Assembly (NCBI GenBank): GCA_016223145.1
Contig: JACRPN010000006.1
Span: forward strand, 120,211 to 184,210
Length of the DNA: 64,000 nt
Origin: Armatimonadota bacterium
Lineage (GTDB): Bacteria > Armatimonadota > Fimbriimonadia > Fimbriimonadales > Fimbriimonadaceae
Reading direction: 5' to 3'
The translations under genes were made by a program, and so were the position numbers. Numbering within the stretch: the first letter of the stretch is position 1; the number at the start of each line of letters is the position of its first letter. Below the pieces are notes generated by a model that did no database searches, had not been told where the DNA came from, and saw nothing but the letters and a program-made list of their open reading frames with translations. Below are positions 29,287 to 37,921 of the stretch, piece by piece.

Positions 29287-30087
29287 CTACACTTCAAACT
29301 CTGCCACAACCGGCGTGTGGTCTGAGGGCCGTTCCAGGCCGCGCGGATGCTTATCGATGCGGCACGATACACACCTCGCTGCTAGGTCGGCAGGCGCATA
29401 GATGTGGTCGATCCGCCATCCCAGGTTCCTTTCAAACGCCTTCGGGATCACGAACTCCCAAAAGGTGTGGTGTCCCGGTCCCGATTCGAACTTGCGAAAG
29501 AGGTCGTTCCATCCCCAATCGGTGTTGGCCTTCAGGGCGTCGATCTCGACCTGGCTAAAGCCCACCTTGCCCCGGTGCTTCTCGGGATCGAAGAGGTCGT
29601 CTGAGGTCGGCGCGACATTGATGTCGCCGAGCCATACTACGGGCGATCCTGCGCTGAAGCGCGAGGCCACCAGAGATCTGAACCGCTCCATCCAGCGCAG
29701 CTTGTAGTCGAACTTCTCGGAGCCCACCTGGGTCCCGTTGGGCACATAGGTGTTGAGGATCGTCAGCGGACCCACCTGCCCTTGGATGATCCGGCAGTCC
29801 TCCGGCCACAGAGGGTCGCCGAACCCAGTCGAGACGTTTAGGATCGGCTGTCGGCTAATGAGAGCGACCCCATTGAAGCCTTTCTGGCCATGAATCGCGA
29901 CCTGCCAACCGGCATCTTCGAACGCCTCCATCGGAAAGCTGCCGTCCTCACACTTGGACTCCTGGATTGCCAGAACATCCGGTTCGTTTTCACCCAGCCA
30001 GTCGAGCACGATATCGAGCCGAGCACGAATGCCGTTGACGTTGAAGGTGGCGACTTTCACTTCGGCTGATTCTACTGTCTGTGCCAC
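29287..30087 (-). CDS. xthA: exodeoxyribonuclease III (AP endonuclease)
   Basis: VATFNVNGIRAR...LAIQESK...GFNGVALISR...WLGDINV; ExoIII/EEP family signature; 266 aa. Confidence 0.85.
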   Translation of the reverse strand: MAQTVESAEVKVATFNVNGIRARLDIVLDWLGENEPDVLAIQESKCEDGSFPMEAFEDAGWQVAIHGQKGFNGVALISRQPILNVSTGFGDPLWPEDCRIIQGQVGPLTILNTYVPNGTQVGSEKFDYKLRWMERFRSLVASRFSAGSPVVWLGDINVAPTSDDLFDPEKHRGKVGFSQVEIDALKANTDWGWNDLFRKFESGPGHHTFWEFVIPKAFERNLGWRIDHIYAPADLAARCVSCRIDKHPRGLERPSDHTPVVAEFEV

Positions 30088-30171
30088 GACGAACGGTGTA
30101 GCGCGGGCGTCTCGCCCGCGATGCTAAGGGCATACCCACAAGTAGCTACAGATTCGGCCATCAGGCTCAGC

Positions 30172-31416
30172 CTACGTCTTGGCGGAAAGCCCGAACTTCA
30201 GCGCTGCTGCCTCGACCGTTTCCTTCGTCACCGGGAATCTCCACCGCTGGAACGCGGACACCAGGTCCACCTTGCACTCGCGGTTCAGGATCGCTACCGC
30301 GAGATTGATCTTCTCCTCAGGAGTGGTGGGCGGTTTCATGCCCTTGGCGGCCAAGGTTCGATAGCTGCGGTACCACGCCTTGAAGGGCTCCCAACCATAG
30401 ACTCGCTGCAGCCGCTGGAAGAAGCTGTGGATATCGTCGGAGGACATGGAAGTCCAAGCTCGAGACGCATCGCCCAAATACTTGTCGCCAAAGACCAGGA
30501 AGAACTTCTCGACGAGCTCCGTTCCGCGCAGCCGAATCTGCTTGTCCGGTGCCGGATACTCCACGGCCTGCCACTTCCAGTTGACCCGGTAGGATTGGTC
30601 CTTTATCGTCTCAAGCGCATAAGCCAGCTTGAAATTGGCCTGAAACTCGGCAGAAGGTCCGTCCCAGATGTACCAATCCCCGAGCACGTCGAAGTTGTGG
30701 CCAACCTCGTGGACCCAGCCGAAGGCGATGATCCCATCGTCGAAGTCCTTAAGCGTAGCCTCAACGTAGTCGGTGTTGAGGATCATCTCCTGGCCCGCAT
30801 AGGCCCACCAAGGGTGCGGCGGCGCTTCTTTGAACACCATCAGCTTACCATCGAATGGGTGCTCGCCGGTGAGTTCGATCATGGCGCCGTAGGCCTGGTC
30901 GATCCAGCGCAGGGTCCGGTCAAGGTGCTTGAAGGTCCTGAACCGAGACTCCATGAGTTCGATACCTGCCGTCTTGCCTTTCACGAGCTTGAGCTTTTCC
31001 GGAAGGATGTACTCGGGGACCTCGATACGGAAGGGAAGGGCTCGCTCGCCCGTGCCTTCCATCACGCGAAACACGCCGACAATCGCCGCGGCGCCTGGCC
31101 TCGCCGTCGCCGCGACCGTGGCCGGCAGGACGCCAACCTCATCCTTGGTGATCTCGTTGCCGGCGGGAAGCGCCAGATTGGCATCTCCTCCGAAGTCGTC
31201 GCCGATCTTCTTGCCTTTGGCCTCCCAGTGGGCGGTCCAGGAGAGGGCCTTGGCATCAGCCGGGCCTGCGTTCTTGAAAACGAACCGGAAGCCTCCCCAG
31301 CCATCGGCTCCCCATCCTTTGGGCTGACGGTTCGAAGCGGCCAGAGTGACCGATTGGGCGCAGCAATTGCCGGCCATAAGGGTCAGAAGAAGAGGCAGAG
31401 TCGAATGGAGCCTCAT
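30172..31416 (-). CDS. secreted HExxH zinc metallopeptidase (M60-like/enhancin-like?)
   Basis: Signal peptide MRLHSTLPLLLTLMAGNCCAQS; FGWVHEVGHNFD zinc-binding motif with downstream Glu (SAEFQ); family assignment tentative. Confidence 0.5.
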   Translation of the reverse strand: MRLHSTLPLLLTLMAGNCCAQSVTLAASNRQPKGWGADGWGGFRFVFKNAGPADAKALSWTAHWEAKGKKIGDDFGGDANLALPAGNEITKDEVGVLPATVAATARPGAAAIVGVFRVMEGTGERALPFRIEVPEYILPEKLKLVKGKTAGIELMESRFRTFKHLDRTLRWIDQAYGAMIELTGEHPFDGKLMVFKEAPPHPWWAYAGQEMILNTDYVEATLKDFDDGIIAFGWVHEVGHNFDVLGDWYIWDGPSAEFQANFKLAYALETIKDQSYRVNWKWQAVEYPAPDKQIRLRGTELVEKFFLVFGDKYLGDASRAWTSMSSDDIHSFFQRLQRVYGWEPFKAWYRSYRTLAAKGMKPPTTPEEKINLAVAILNRECKVDLVSAFQRWRFPVTKETVEAAALKFGLSAKT

Positions 31417-31519
31417 GCCATGAAGGTAGCCGATTTTCGTCGGTGTTGGGGTGAGGGCTTTCCTGGTGGCCTATGCGAGAAGGGATTGTGACAGCAGTGA
31501 CGAAGTACCGTCTACAGCG

Positions 31520-32541
31520 ATGGACTTCGACCAGTTCCGCAAGGTGATGCAGTCTCTCAATGAGCAGGCACAGCGCGCCGCTGCGGGCAACCAGCCTTCC
31601 TCCAGTGGCGTTCCGCCACCCCAGTTTGACCTCACGGGTTCATCGCAAAGCTACAACAGCTACCGACGCACAGCCGGCTCCTCGGCAGGCAACACCATGA
31701 TCGTCAACTATCTTTCGTTTCTGGTCTTTGTGGTCCTCATGGGGATCGGGTTCGTGTTTTTCGGCGCGAGCCAGATCTTCACGCAAGACACTCCCCCCAT
31801 TGGTGGAATGGTGGCTTGGTTCATCGGTAGCTGGGTGATCGCCAGCGCGATCAAGCTCGCCGCACAATGGGAGCGCGTGCTGGTGTTTCGTTTGGGGCGA
31901 TATGTTCGCACTACCGGCCCCGGCGTCTATATGGTCATCCCCCTGTTCGAGCAGGTGCGCGCCATCGACACCCGCGTCGTGACCGTGGACATCCCTCGGC
32001 AAGAGGCCATCACCAAGGACAATGTGCCCGTGATGATCGACGCTGTCGTGTTTCTGCGCGTGGTACGGCCTGACCAAGCCGTAATCAACGTGCAGGACTA
32101 CATGTTCGCGATCGTCCAGTACGGACGGTCGGCTCTGCGGGATGTGATTGGCGGGCGCACGCTGGATGAGGTGTTAACCGATCGCGAGGGCATCGGCAAG
32201 CAGATTGGGGAGATGCTGAGCGCCGAAACCGAGCATTGGGGCATGGAGGTGGACGGCATCCGCATGCAGGATATCGTGCTGCCGGAAGACCTGAAGAAGG
32301 TCATGAGCCGCCAAGCGGGGGCCGAGCGCGAAAAGCGCGCGAATATCACCAAATCGGAAGGCGACCGCATCGCAGCAGAGAACCTCGCCCAAGCCCCGGG
32401 GCGATGCAGCTTAGAACGCTTCAGACCATCGACGGTTTGGGCCCAACGGCTTCGAACACCGTGGTTCTGGCGGTACCCGTAGAGATCATGGAGGCGGTGG
32501 ACGCGGTGGTCAAGGCCAGGAAGGGAAGGGCTGAGGAGTAG
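31520..32541 (+). pseudogene. SPFH/band-7 (stomatin-like) protein interrupted by a 1-nt frameshift in a G4 run near 32398-32401
   Basis: TM N-terminus then a stomatin core (ERVLVFRLGRY...ITKDNV...RDV...EREKRANI...AAENLAQAP); the conserved C-terminus AMQLRTLQTIDGLGPTASNTVVLAVPVEIM continues in a different frame (ORF 32236..32541); the two frames join at CCGGGGCG, where one more G would restore the reading frame. Confidence 0.55.
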
Positions 32542-32716
32542 GGACGTAGGGATCTAGGGACCAAGGGACAGACGGACCAAGGGACAGACGGACAGAGGGA
32601 CAGACGGACAGAGGGACAGACGGTCAGAAGGACAAAGGGAACACCTCGCCCCTGGGGGAGAGGTCGGTGCCTGCCCCCATTTCCATCGGGGAGCGAAGCG
32701 AACCGGGTGAGGGGGA
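32542..32716. repeat. composite intergenic repeat: GGGACNNA/GGACAGAC octamer tandem array (about 12 units) plus ~72-bp conserved core, minus orientation
   Basis: TAGGGACGTAGGGATCTAGGGACCAAGGGACAGACGGACCAAGGGACAGACGG..., then the core CGCCCCTGGGGGAGAGGTCGGTGCCTGCCCCCATTTCCATCGGGGAGCGAAGCGAACCGGGTGAGGGGG, about 90% identical to 34131-34200. Confidence 0.75.
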
Positions 32717-32726
32717 ACGCGCTGCG

Positions 32727-34004
32727 CTACCCCAAGAGCCGCGTCGGATTTTGCAGGTAGTCCCGCACGACGTTCATGAACTTCGCGCCGATCGCGCCAT
32801 CCACCACCCTGTGGTCGAAGCTGCCGGTCACGTTCATCCTTAGCCGGACTTCGAGGGTCACCTCGTCAGAACCCTCTGCCTCCACCGGCACGACCAACTT
32901 CTTTGCCGAGCTGACCGCCACGATCGCCGCATTCGGCACGTTGATGATCGCCGCGAAATTGTCTACGCCCAACATCCCCATGTTTGAGATGCTGAAGGTG
33001 CTCCCGGAAATCTCGTCCATCGAGAGCCGGTTCTCGCGGGCCTTCGCCGCAAGCTCCTTTGACTTGGCCGAAATCTGTCGGATCGAGAGGTTTTGCGCGC
33101 CATGCAACACCGGCACCGTTAGCCCGTCTTCCAGGGCCACGGCCATGCCGATATTTACTGCCCCGAACTGAAGGATCTTGTCTCCCTGGAACGTGGCATT
33201 CACCTGAGGCATTTCGACCAGCGCCTGAGCACACGCCTTGATCACGAAGTCGTTGATGCTCACCTTTCCGGCGCCGTCCGACTCAAACTGCTCCCTTAGC
33301 GACTGCATGCGCTCGCAGTCCACTTCGACGGTCACGTAGAAGTGGGGCACCGTCTGCTTGGACTGCGTCGTGCGCTGCGCCGTGATCTGTCGAATCTTGT
33401 TGAGCGAGACAAACCGGTCCTCGGCAGCGGCCGCAATCGGAGTCGGCGCCTGAGCGGGCGTTGGTGCCAAAGAGGGCTGAACCGAAAGACGGGTCGCACC
33501 CCTGACGTCCTTCTCGACCACACGTCCGCCGGGTCCCGAGCCTGAAATCTGGGACAAGTCGACGCCGAGCTCTTCCGCGATCTTTCTGGCAAGGGGGCTG
33601 GCCTTCACCCGATCCGAAGAGACGGCCCTAGGCTCGGGAATCTCCACTGGCGGAGTGGGAATCGTCGGTCCGGCAGTCACTGCCGCGACCGCGGCGACCG
33701 AAGCCGGTTCGGATGGAGCAGCCACCGGAAGCGCTTCGGCGGTTCCCCAACCGGCGGGGACGGATTCACCCTCCTTCAGGAGAAGCGCCAAAGGCTCTCC
33801 CACTGGGACCGTTTCACCCGCCTTGATCAGGATGCCCGCCAACACGCCACTGCCGTCGGCCTCCATCTCAAGGGTCGCCTTGTCGGTCTGAATCGTGGCG
33901 ATTGCTTCGCCGGATTTGACGCTGTCGCCCTCCTTCTTGAGCCATTCGAGGAGGATCCCCTCCTCCATTCCGTCACCCATCTTGGGCATGATCACTTCCG
34001 TCAT
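32727..34004 (-). CDS. dihydrolipoamide acyltransferase E2 component of a 2-oxoacid dehydrogenase complex (probably pyruvate dehydrogenase E2)
   Basis: N-terminal lipoyl domain (IQTDKATLEMEA), Ala/Pro-rich linkers, peripheral subunit-binding domain (SPLARKIAEELGVDL), catalytic domain with DHRVVDGA. Confidence 0.85.
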   Translation of the reverse strand: MTEVIMPKMGDGMEEGILLEWLKKEGDSVKSGEAIATIQTDKATLEMEADGSGVLAGILIKAGETVPVGEPLALLLKEGESVPAGWGTAEALPVAAPSEPASVAAVAAVTAGPTIPTPPVEIPEPRAVSSDRVKASPLARKIAEELGVDLSQISGSGPGGRVVEKDVRGATRLSVQPSLAPTPAQAPTPIAAAAEDRFVSLNKIRQITAQRTTQSKQTVPHFYVTVEVDCERMQSLREQFESDGAGKVSINDFVIKACAQALVEMPQVNATFQGDKILQFGAVNIGMAVALEDGLTVPVLHGAQNLSIRQISAKSKELAAKARENRLSMDEISGSTFSISNMGMLGVDNFAAIINVPNAAIVAVSSAKKLVVPVEAEGSDEVTLEVRLRMNVTGSFDHRVVDGAIGAKFMNVVRDYLQNPTRLLG

Positions 34005-34020
34005 TGAGGCGAAAGAGTAC

Positions 34021-34305
34021 CCCTAGCGAGGGGAGATGAAGGGATGAACAGATGATGGGACAAAGGGACATAGGGACGAAGGGACAAAGGGACAGGGGGC
34101 AAGGGGGGATAAGGTGCAGAAGGGGGCCACTTCGCCCCTGGGGGGAGAGGTCGGTGCCTGCCCCGGTTCCATCGGGGAACGCAGTGAACCGGGTGAGGGA
34201 GCTTCGCAGTGCGGCAACATGGCGCCGCTCTGGGTTGGGATGAGGGGGTGAGGGGGTAAAGGGACAATGGGTCATCCGCCCTTCATCCCTTCATCCCTTC
34301 ATCCC
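34021..34305. repeat. composite intergenic repeat: GATGAAGGG x2, GGGACAnA octamer array, ~70-bp conserved core, then CCCTTCATC x3 (inverted relative to the left end)
   Basis: Core at 34131-34200 (TTCGCCCCTGGGGGGAGAGGTCGGTGCCTGCCCCGGTTCCATCGGGGAACGCAGTGAACCGGGTGAGGG) matches 32645-32716; terminal GATGAAGGG / CCCTTCATC form an inverted repeat. Confidence 0.75.
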
Positions 34306-34313
34306 ATCACTCC

Positions 34314-36989
34314 CTACTCGGACCCTTGGTCCGAGGCGTTCTCCACGTGGATTGTGGTCGTGTAGGTCTTGTCGCCTACTTTCAGCGTGACCTTGTAGTC
34401 ACCCGGGCCGAACCGCCTTCGCTGCCCGCCGCCAGGTCCACCGCCAAAGCCGCCACCTGGAGTCCAGCGCTGAACGTGCATGCCCGCCGCGCGATATCCC
34501 GTGAGCTGCTGACCGACAGTGTTCCCGTCGACGTCCGTCACCGTGATCGTCACGTCGCCGGTTTGGTCTGCTTTGAAGTAGTAGCAGATGTCTGTGCCGG
34601 GCTGCGTGTTTCGCGCCGCCCAGATGCGATCGCCATCCCAGTTGTCCTGCTGGCCGCTGCGCGGGTTCATGATGTACACGTTCTGGGGCCGTGCCAAGAA
34701 CACGTCCTTGTCGGTGTTGGCTTTGATGAGCTCCTCAAGGGCTGAGATGTTCAGCGTCCAGATGCTGCGACCGTGCGTGGCGATGACGGCGTCGAGCTCG
34801 CGGGGATGGATGCGGATGTCGTGCACTGGAACGGTCGGGAACTCCTTGTACTTGGTCCAATTTTCGCCCCGATCGAGCGAGACATAGATCCCGTATTCGG
34901 TCCCAACCAGGAGCAGGTCCGGATTCTGAGTGCCTTCACGAACCACGTGGCACGGCTCATCCGTCCGCATCCCGTTCACGATCTTCTTCCAGGTCTTCCC
35001 AAAGTCCTCCGTCACGAAGACGTAGGTGCTGATGTCGTCGATCCGGTGGTTGTCGAGGGTCACATAGCATCGGCCGGCCGCGTATTTGGAGGCTTGTACC
35101 CGGCTGACGTAGGAATTGCGAGGAACCTCTGCAGGCAGGTTCTCGGCGACCGACGACCAGGTCGCGCCAAAGTCCTGTGTCACCCAAATCTTCCCGTCGT
35201 CGGTACCACCCCAGATCACTCCGGCCTTGGCGCCTGATTCGCTGATGGTGATGACCGTGCAATAGTTCTCCGCGCCCGTTCTATCCCAGGTCACGCTCGG
35301 GGGCCCGGGCTTCTTGGTCGTGTCGTTGGTAGTCAAGTCCGGGCTGATCGCGGTCATGCCGGCGCCGCGATCTAGGCTCCTGAAGATCTTGTTGCCGCCG
35401 AGGTAGACGATCCTCGGGTTGTGTGGCGACAGCTCAATGGGAGTGTTCCAGTTGAACCTGTACGGCGGTTCCCCTTCGGGCCTGGCTGGCCTAAGGTTGC
35501 GCCGCTCGCCGGTTCTGAGATTCACCATGCCGGCAGCACCACCCTGGCTTTCAGAGTAAACAACACCCCAGTCGTCGGGGTCGTTCTGCGTGTAGAAGCC
35601 ATCGCCTCCACCCACGCCGTACCAGTCCCAAAAGGCCACGCTTCCGCGCGCGGTCTGCGTGGGGCCGCCCCAACTGCCGTTGTCCTGAAGCCCGCCATAG
35701 ACGTAATAGGGCTTCCTCATATCGAACGAGCACGCATAGAACTGGCCGATCGCCATGTAGTTTAGGTGCTCCCAGGTGGCGCCGCCGTCGCGCGTCTGCC
35801 CCACGCCGCCGTCCTCGCCGATCAGGATGTGGTTGCTGTCGTTCGGGTTGATCCACATGGCGTGATGGTCCACGTGGACGGAAGTGGGGAAGTTCCGCAT
35901 CGTTTTGCCCTTGTCGTCGCTGACAAAGATCTGGACATCGGGTGTATAGATGCGATTCTCGTTGTTTGGGTCATACCTTGGGATCGTGAAATAGAAGTAG
36001 CGGTAGCTACGCGAACTCATCTTGGTCCACGACTCGCCTCGATCCTCGCTGTAAAAGACGCCGCCCGTTGGGGTGGGGGCAAGCGTCGGGTCAGCGTTCG
36101 GAGTCGACGCCTCGATCTGCATGATCATCTTCCGGGGGTCGTTCCGATGGATGTCGATGCCGATGCGGCCATAGGTTCCTTCGGGCATACCCTTGGAGAT
36201 CTTGCGCCAGGTCTTGCCTGCGTCGGACGATTTGTAGAGCGCGCTGCCCGGCCCGCCGGAAATGTAGTTCCACGGGAGGCGAATGCGCTGGTAAGCCGCT
36301 GCGAAAAGGACCCTGTTGTTGGAAGGGTCCATCACCATATCGACCACGCCCGTCTTCTCGTCGATCTTTAGGACGTGCTGCCAAGTCTTGCCCCCGTCGG
36401 TGGTTTTGAAGACGCCGCGCTCCTCGTTGGTGCCCCAGAGCTTTCCAAGCGCCGCCACATAGACTGTGTCGTTATCCTTGGGGTCAACGATCACCTGAGA
36501 GATGTGGCGCGTGGCCTTAAGACCCATGTCCTGCCAGGTTTTGCCTCCATCAGTGGACTTGTAGGCTCCATCGCCCCAGGACACCGAGTTCCGGCTGTTC
36601 TGCTCGCCAGTGCCGATCCAAACCAGGTTCGGGTCTTTCTGGCTCACGTCCACCGCACCGAGCGAAATCGAGGTGCCTCGATCCCACACCGCTTGCATGG
36701 TCATGCCGCCATTGGTGGTCTTCCATAGACCGCCCGCTGCCGTGGCCACATAGAAGATCCGCGGCTCTTTTTCAAAGACCGCGATGTCGGCGATGCGCCC
36801 ACCCATGCGCGTTGGACCCAGGCTTCGAGCCTTTAGCTCGCCCAGGACGTTGTCGAGGTTTTGGCCGAGAGCGGCCGTGGCGGCTAGCGCCGCAAGTACA
36901 AAAGACAGGGTTCCCTTAGTCAACCAAATGCTCCTATAGAGTTTGCTCGCGACGGCCTTTCGCCGCGTGTAATGGGGCCAATTCGCCAC
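34314..36989 (-). CDS. BNR/Asp-box repeat beta-propeller protein (GH74-like / sortilin-Vps10-like glycoside hydrolase family), secreted or membrane-anchored
   Basis: At least 9 Asp-box motifs S/T-x-D-x-G-x-T-W (STDGGKTWQ, TTDGGKTWQ, SSDAGKTWR, SEDRGESWT, TRDGGATWE, TQDFGATWS, TEDFGKTWK, SLDRGENWT); N-terminal signal/anchor; 891 aa. Confidence 0.7.
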   Translation of the reverse strand: MANWPHYTRRKAVASKLYRSIWLTKGTLSFVLAALAATAALGQNLDNVLGELKARSLGPTRMGGRIADIAVFEKEPRIFYVATAAGGLWKTTNGGMTMQAVWDRGTSISLGAVDVSQKDPNLVWIGTGEQNSRNSVSWGDGAYKSTDGGKTWQDMGLKATRHISQVIVDPKDNDTVYVAALGKLWGTNEERGVFKTTDGGKTWQHVLKIDEKTGVVDMVMDPSNNRVLFAAAYQRIRLPWNYISGGPGSALYKSSDAGKTWRKISKGMPEGTYGRIGIDIHRNDPRKMIMQIEASTPNADPTLAPTPTGGVFYSEDRGESWTKMSSRSYRYFYFTIPRYDPNNENRIYTPDVQIFVSDDKGKTMRNFPTSVHVDHHAMWINPNDSNHILIGEDGGVGQTRDGGATWEHLNYMAIGQFYACSFDMRKPYYVYGGLQDNGSWGGPTQTARGSVAFWDWYGVGGGDGFYTQNDPDDWGVVYSESQGGAAGMVNLRTGERRNLRPARPEGEPPYRFNWNTPIELSPHNPRIVYLGGNKIFRSLDRGAGMTAISPDLTTNDTTKKPGPPSVTWDRTGAENYCTVITISESGAKAGVIWGGTDDGKIWVTQDFGATWSSVAENLPAEVPRNSYVSRVQASKYAAGRCYVTLDNHRIDDISTYVFVTEDFGKTWKKIVNGMRTDEPCHVVREGTQNPDLLLVGTEYGIYVSLDRGENWTKYKEFPTVPVHDIRIHPRELDAVIATHGRSIWTLNISALEELIKANTDKDVFLARPQNVYIMNPRSGQQDNWDGDRIWAARNTQPGTDICYYFKADQTGDVTITVTDVDGNTVGQQLTGYRAAGMHVQRWTPGGGFGGGPGGGQRRRFGPGDYKVTLKVGDKTYTTTIHVENASDQGSE

Positions 36990-37044
36990 CGCCCCTCAAA
37001 TCCCTTCTGCAAGGGGACTTTAGGCCTCATAATCTGGCCATCCC

Positions 37045-37614
37045 ATGCGCCTGTTCTTCGCGATCGACGTCCCCGAAGAGGCCGACGAAGCGCTTTTCGA
37101 GGCGCAGCGCGGGCTCCGAGAGTTGCTCGCATGCGCAAAGGTCTCTTGGGCGCCTCAAGAGAAGTGGCACGCAACAATAGCCTTCCTTGGAGAGGTGCCC
37201 GAGACCGACCTGCCACAGATCATCGACGCTGGGCGCCGGGCAGCGAGCAGGGCTGAGGAGTTTGAAGTTTCGCTATCCGGCCTTGGCGTGTTTGGCACAA
37301 GCGCAAGATACGGCGCTGCGGTTTGGGCAGGTCTGAAGGCGAGTGGCCCGGCGTTTGAGCTGCTTGCCAAAGACCTGCGCCATTCGCTTCGTGAACATTG
37401 TCGGGAGCGCGAAGGCGCGGCTTTCGTGCCACACGTGACCTTGGCCAGGGTACGACAGGCCTCCCCTCAACAGCTCAAAACGCTCAGGACCTTCGTCAGG
37501 TCCTACACAATTCGGCCATCCGTTCCCTGGCAGTGCGCGCGCATCATCCTCTACGAGAGCACACCCCATACTCCAAATGCCCCGTACAGACGCATTCTGG
37601 ACTTTTCTTTATAG
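37045..37614 (+). CDS. thpR: RNA 2',3'-cyclic phosphodiesterase / 2'-5' RNA ligase (2H phosphoesterase)
   Basis: Two H-x-T/S-x motifs (HATIAFLG and HVTLARV) at the spacing typical of LigT/ThpR; 189 aa. Confidence 0.75.
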   Translation: MRLFFAIDVPEEADEALFEAQRGLRELLACAKVSWAPQEKWHATIAFLGEVPETDLPQIIDAGRRAASRAEEFEVSLSGLGVFGTSARYGAAVWAGLKASGPAFELLAKDLRHSLREHCREREGAAFVPHVTLARVRQASPQQLKTLRTFVRSYTIRPSVPWQCARIILYESTPHTPNAPYRRILDFSL

Positions 37615-37661
37615 AATGAATTTCGCCAGAATGGGGCCTAAACGGCGACTCAGAGCCCCCT

Positions 37662-37743
37662 GATTTGCCAAAACTGACAGCCGAGCCCTGGGCACTCAGA
37701 TTCAAACGAAGCCCAATGCGGGGGGATTTGCCAAATCTGACCA
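37662..37743 (+). promoter_or_regulatory. pair of 17-bp direct repeats GATTTGCCAAA(A/T)CTGAC upstream of the decaheme cytochrome operon
   Basis: Copies at about 37662-37679 and 37725-37743 (1 mismatch), about 180-260 bp upstream of ATG 37922, in a lower-GC intergenic region. Confidence 0.35.
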
Positions 37744-37921
37744 TGCTTGCCCTCCACGTAGCTTTTCGCCAAACCACTAGGTGCAAAATAGGTCACGCAT
37801 TCGATCTACTCTAGGAGTGAAGTGAGCCTAACCTGGCCATTTCTGACGAGGGTGTAAAGAATAACTAAGGGTCGACCAGAGACACTACGGGACAACGGGT
37901 AGATCGAAGACGGAGGAAACG

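Noticed and set aside
30121-31491. 456-aa ORF on + strand overlapping the HExxH metallopeptidase gene
   Set aside because: It is an antisense shadow ORF typical of high-GC DNA, with Arg/Gly/Pro-rich composition and no motifs; the - strand peptidase has the signal peptide and zinc motif.
32542-32640. Octamer tandem arrays considered as a CRISPR array
   Set aside because: The unit is only 8-9 bp with no unique spacers and no cas genes; these are microsatellite-like arrays, not CRISPR.
33973-34275. Pro-rich ORFs 33973..34275, 34001..34267, 34023..34220 (-) and 34052..34243 (+) upstream of the E2 gene
   Set aside because: All overlap the GGGACAnA array and the conserved repeat core; reading-frame artefacts of a high-GC repeat.
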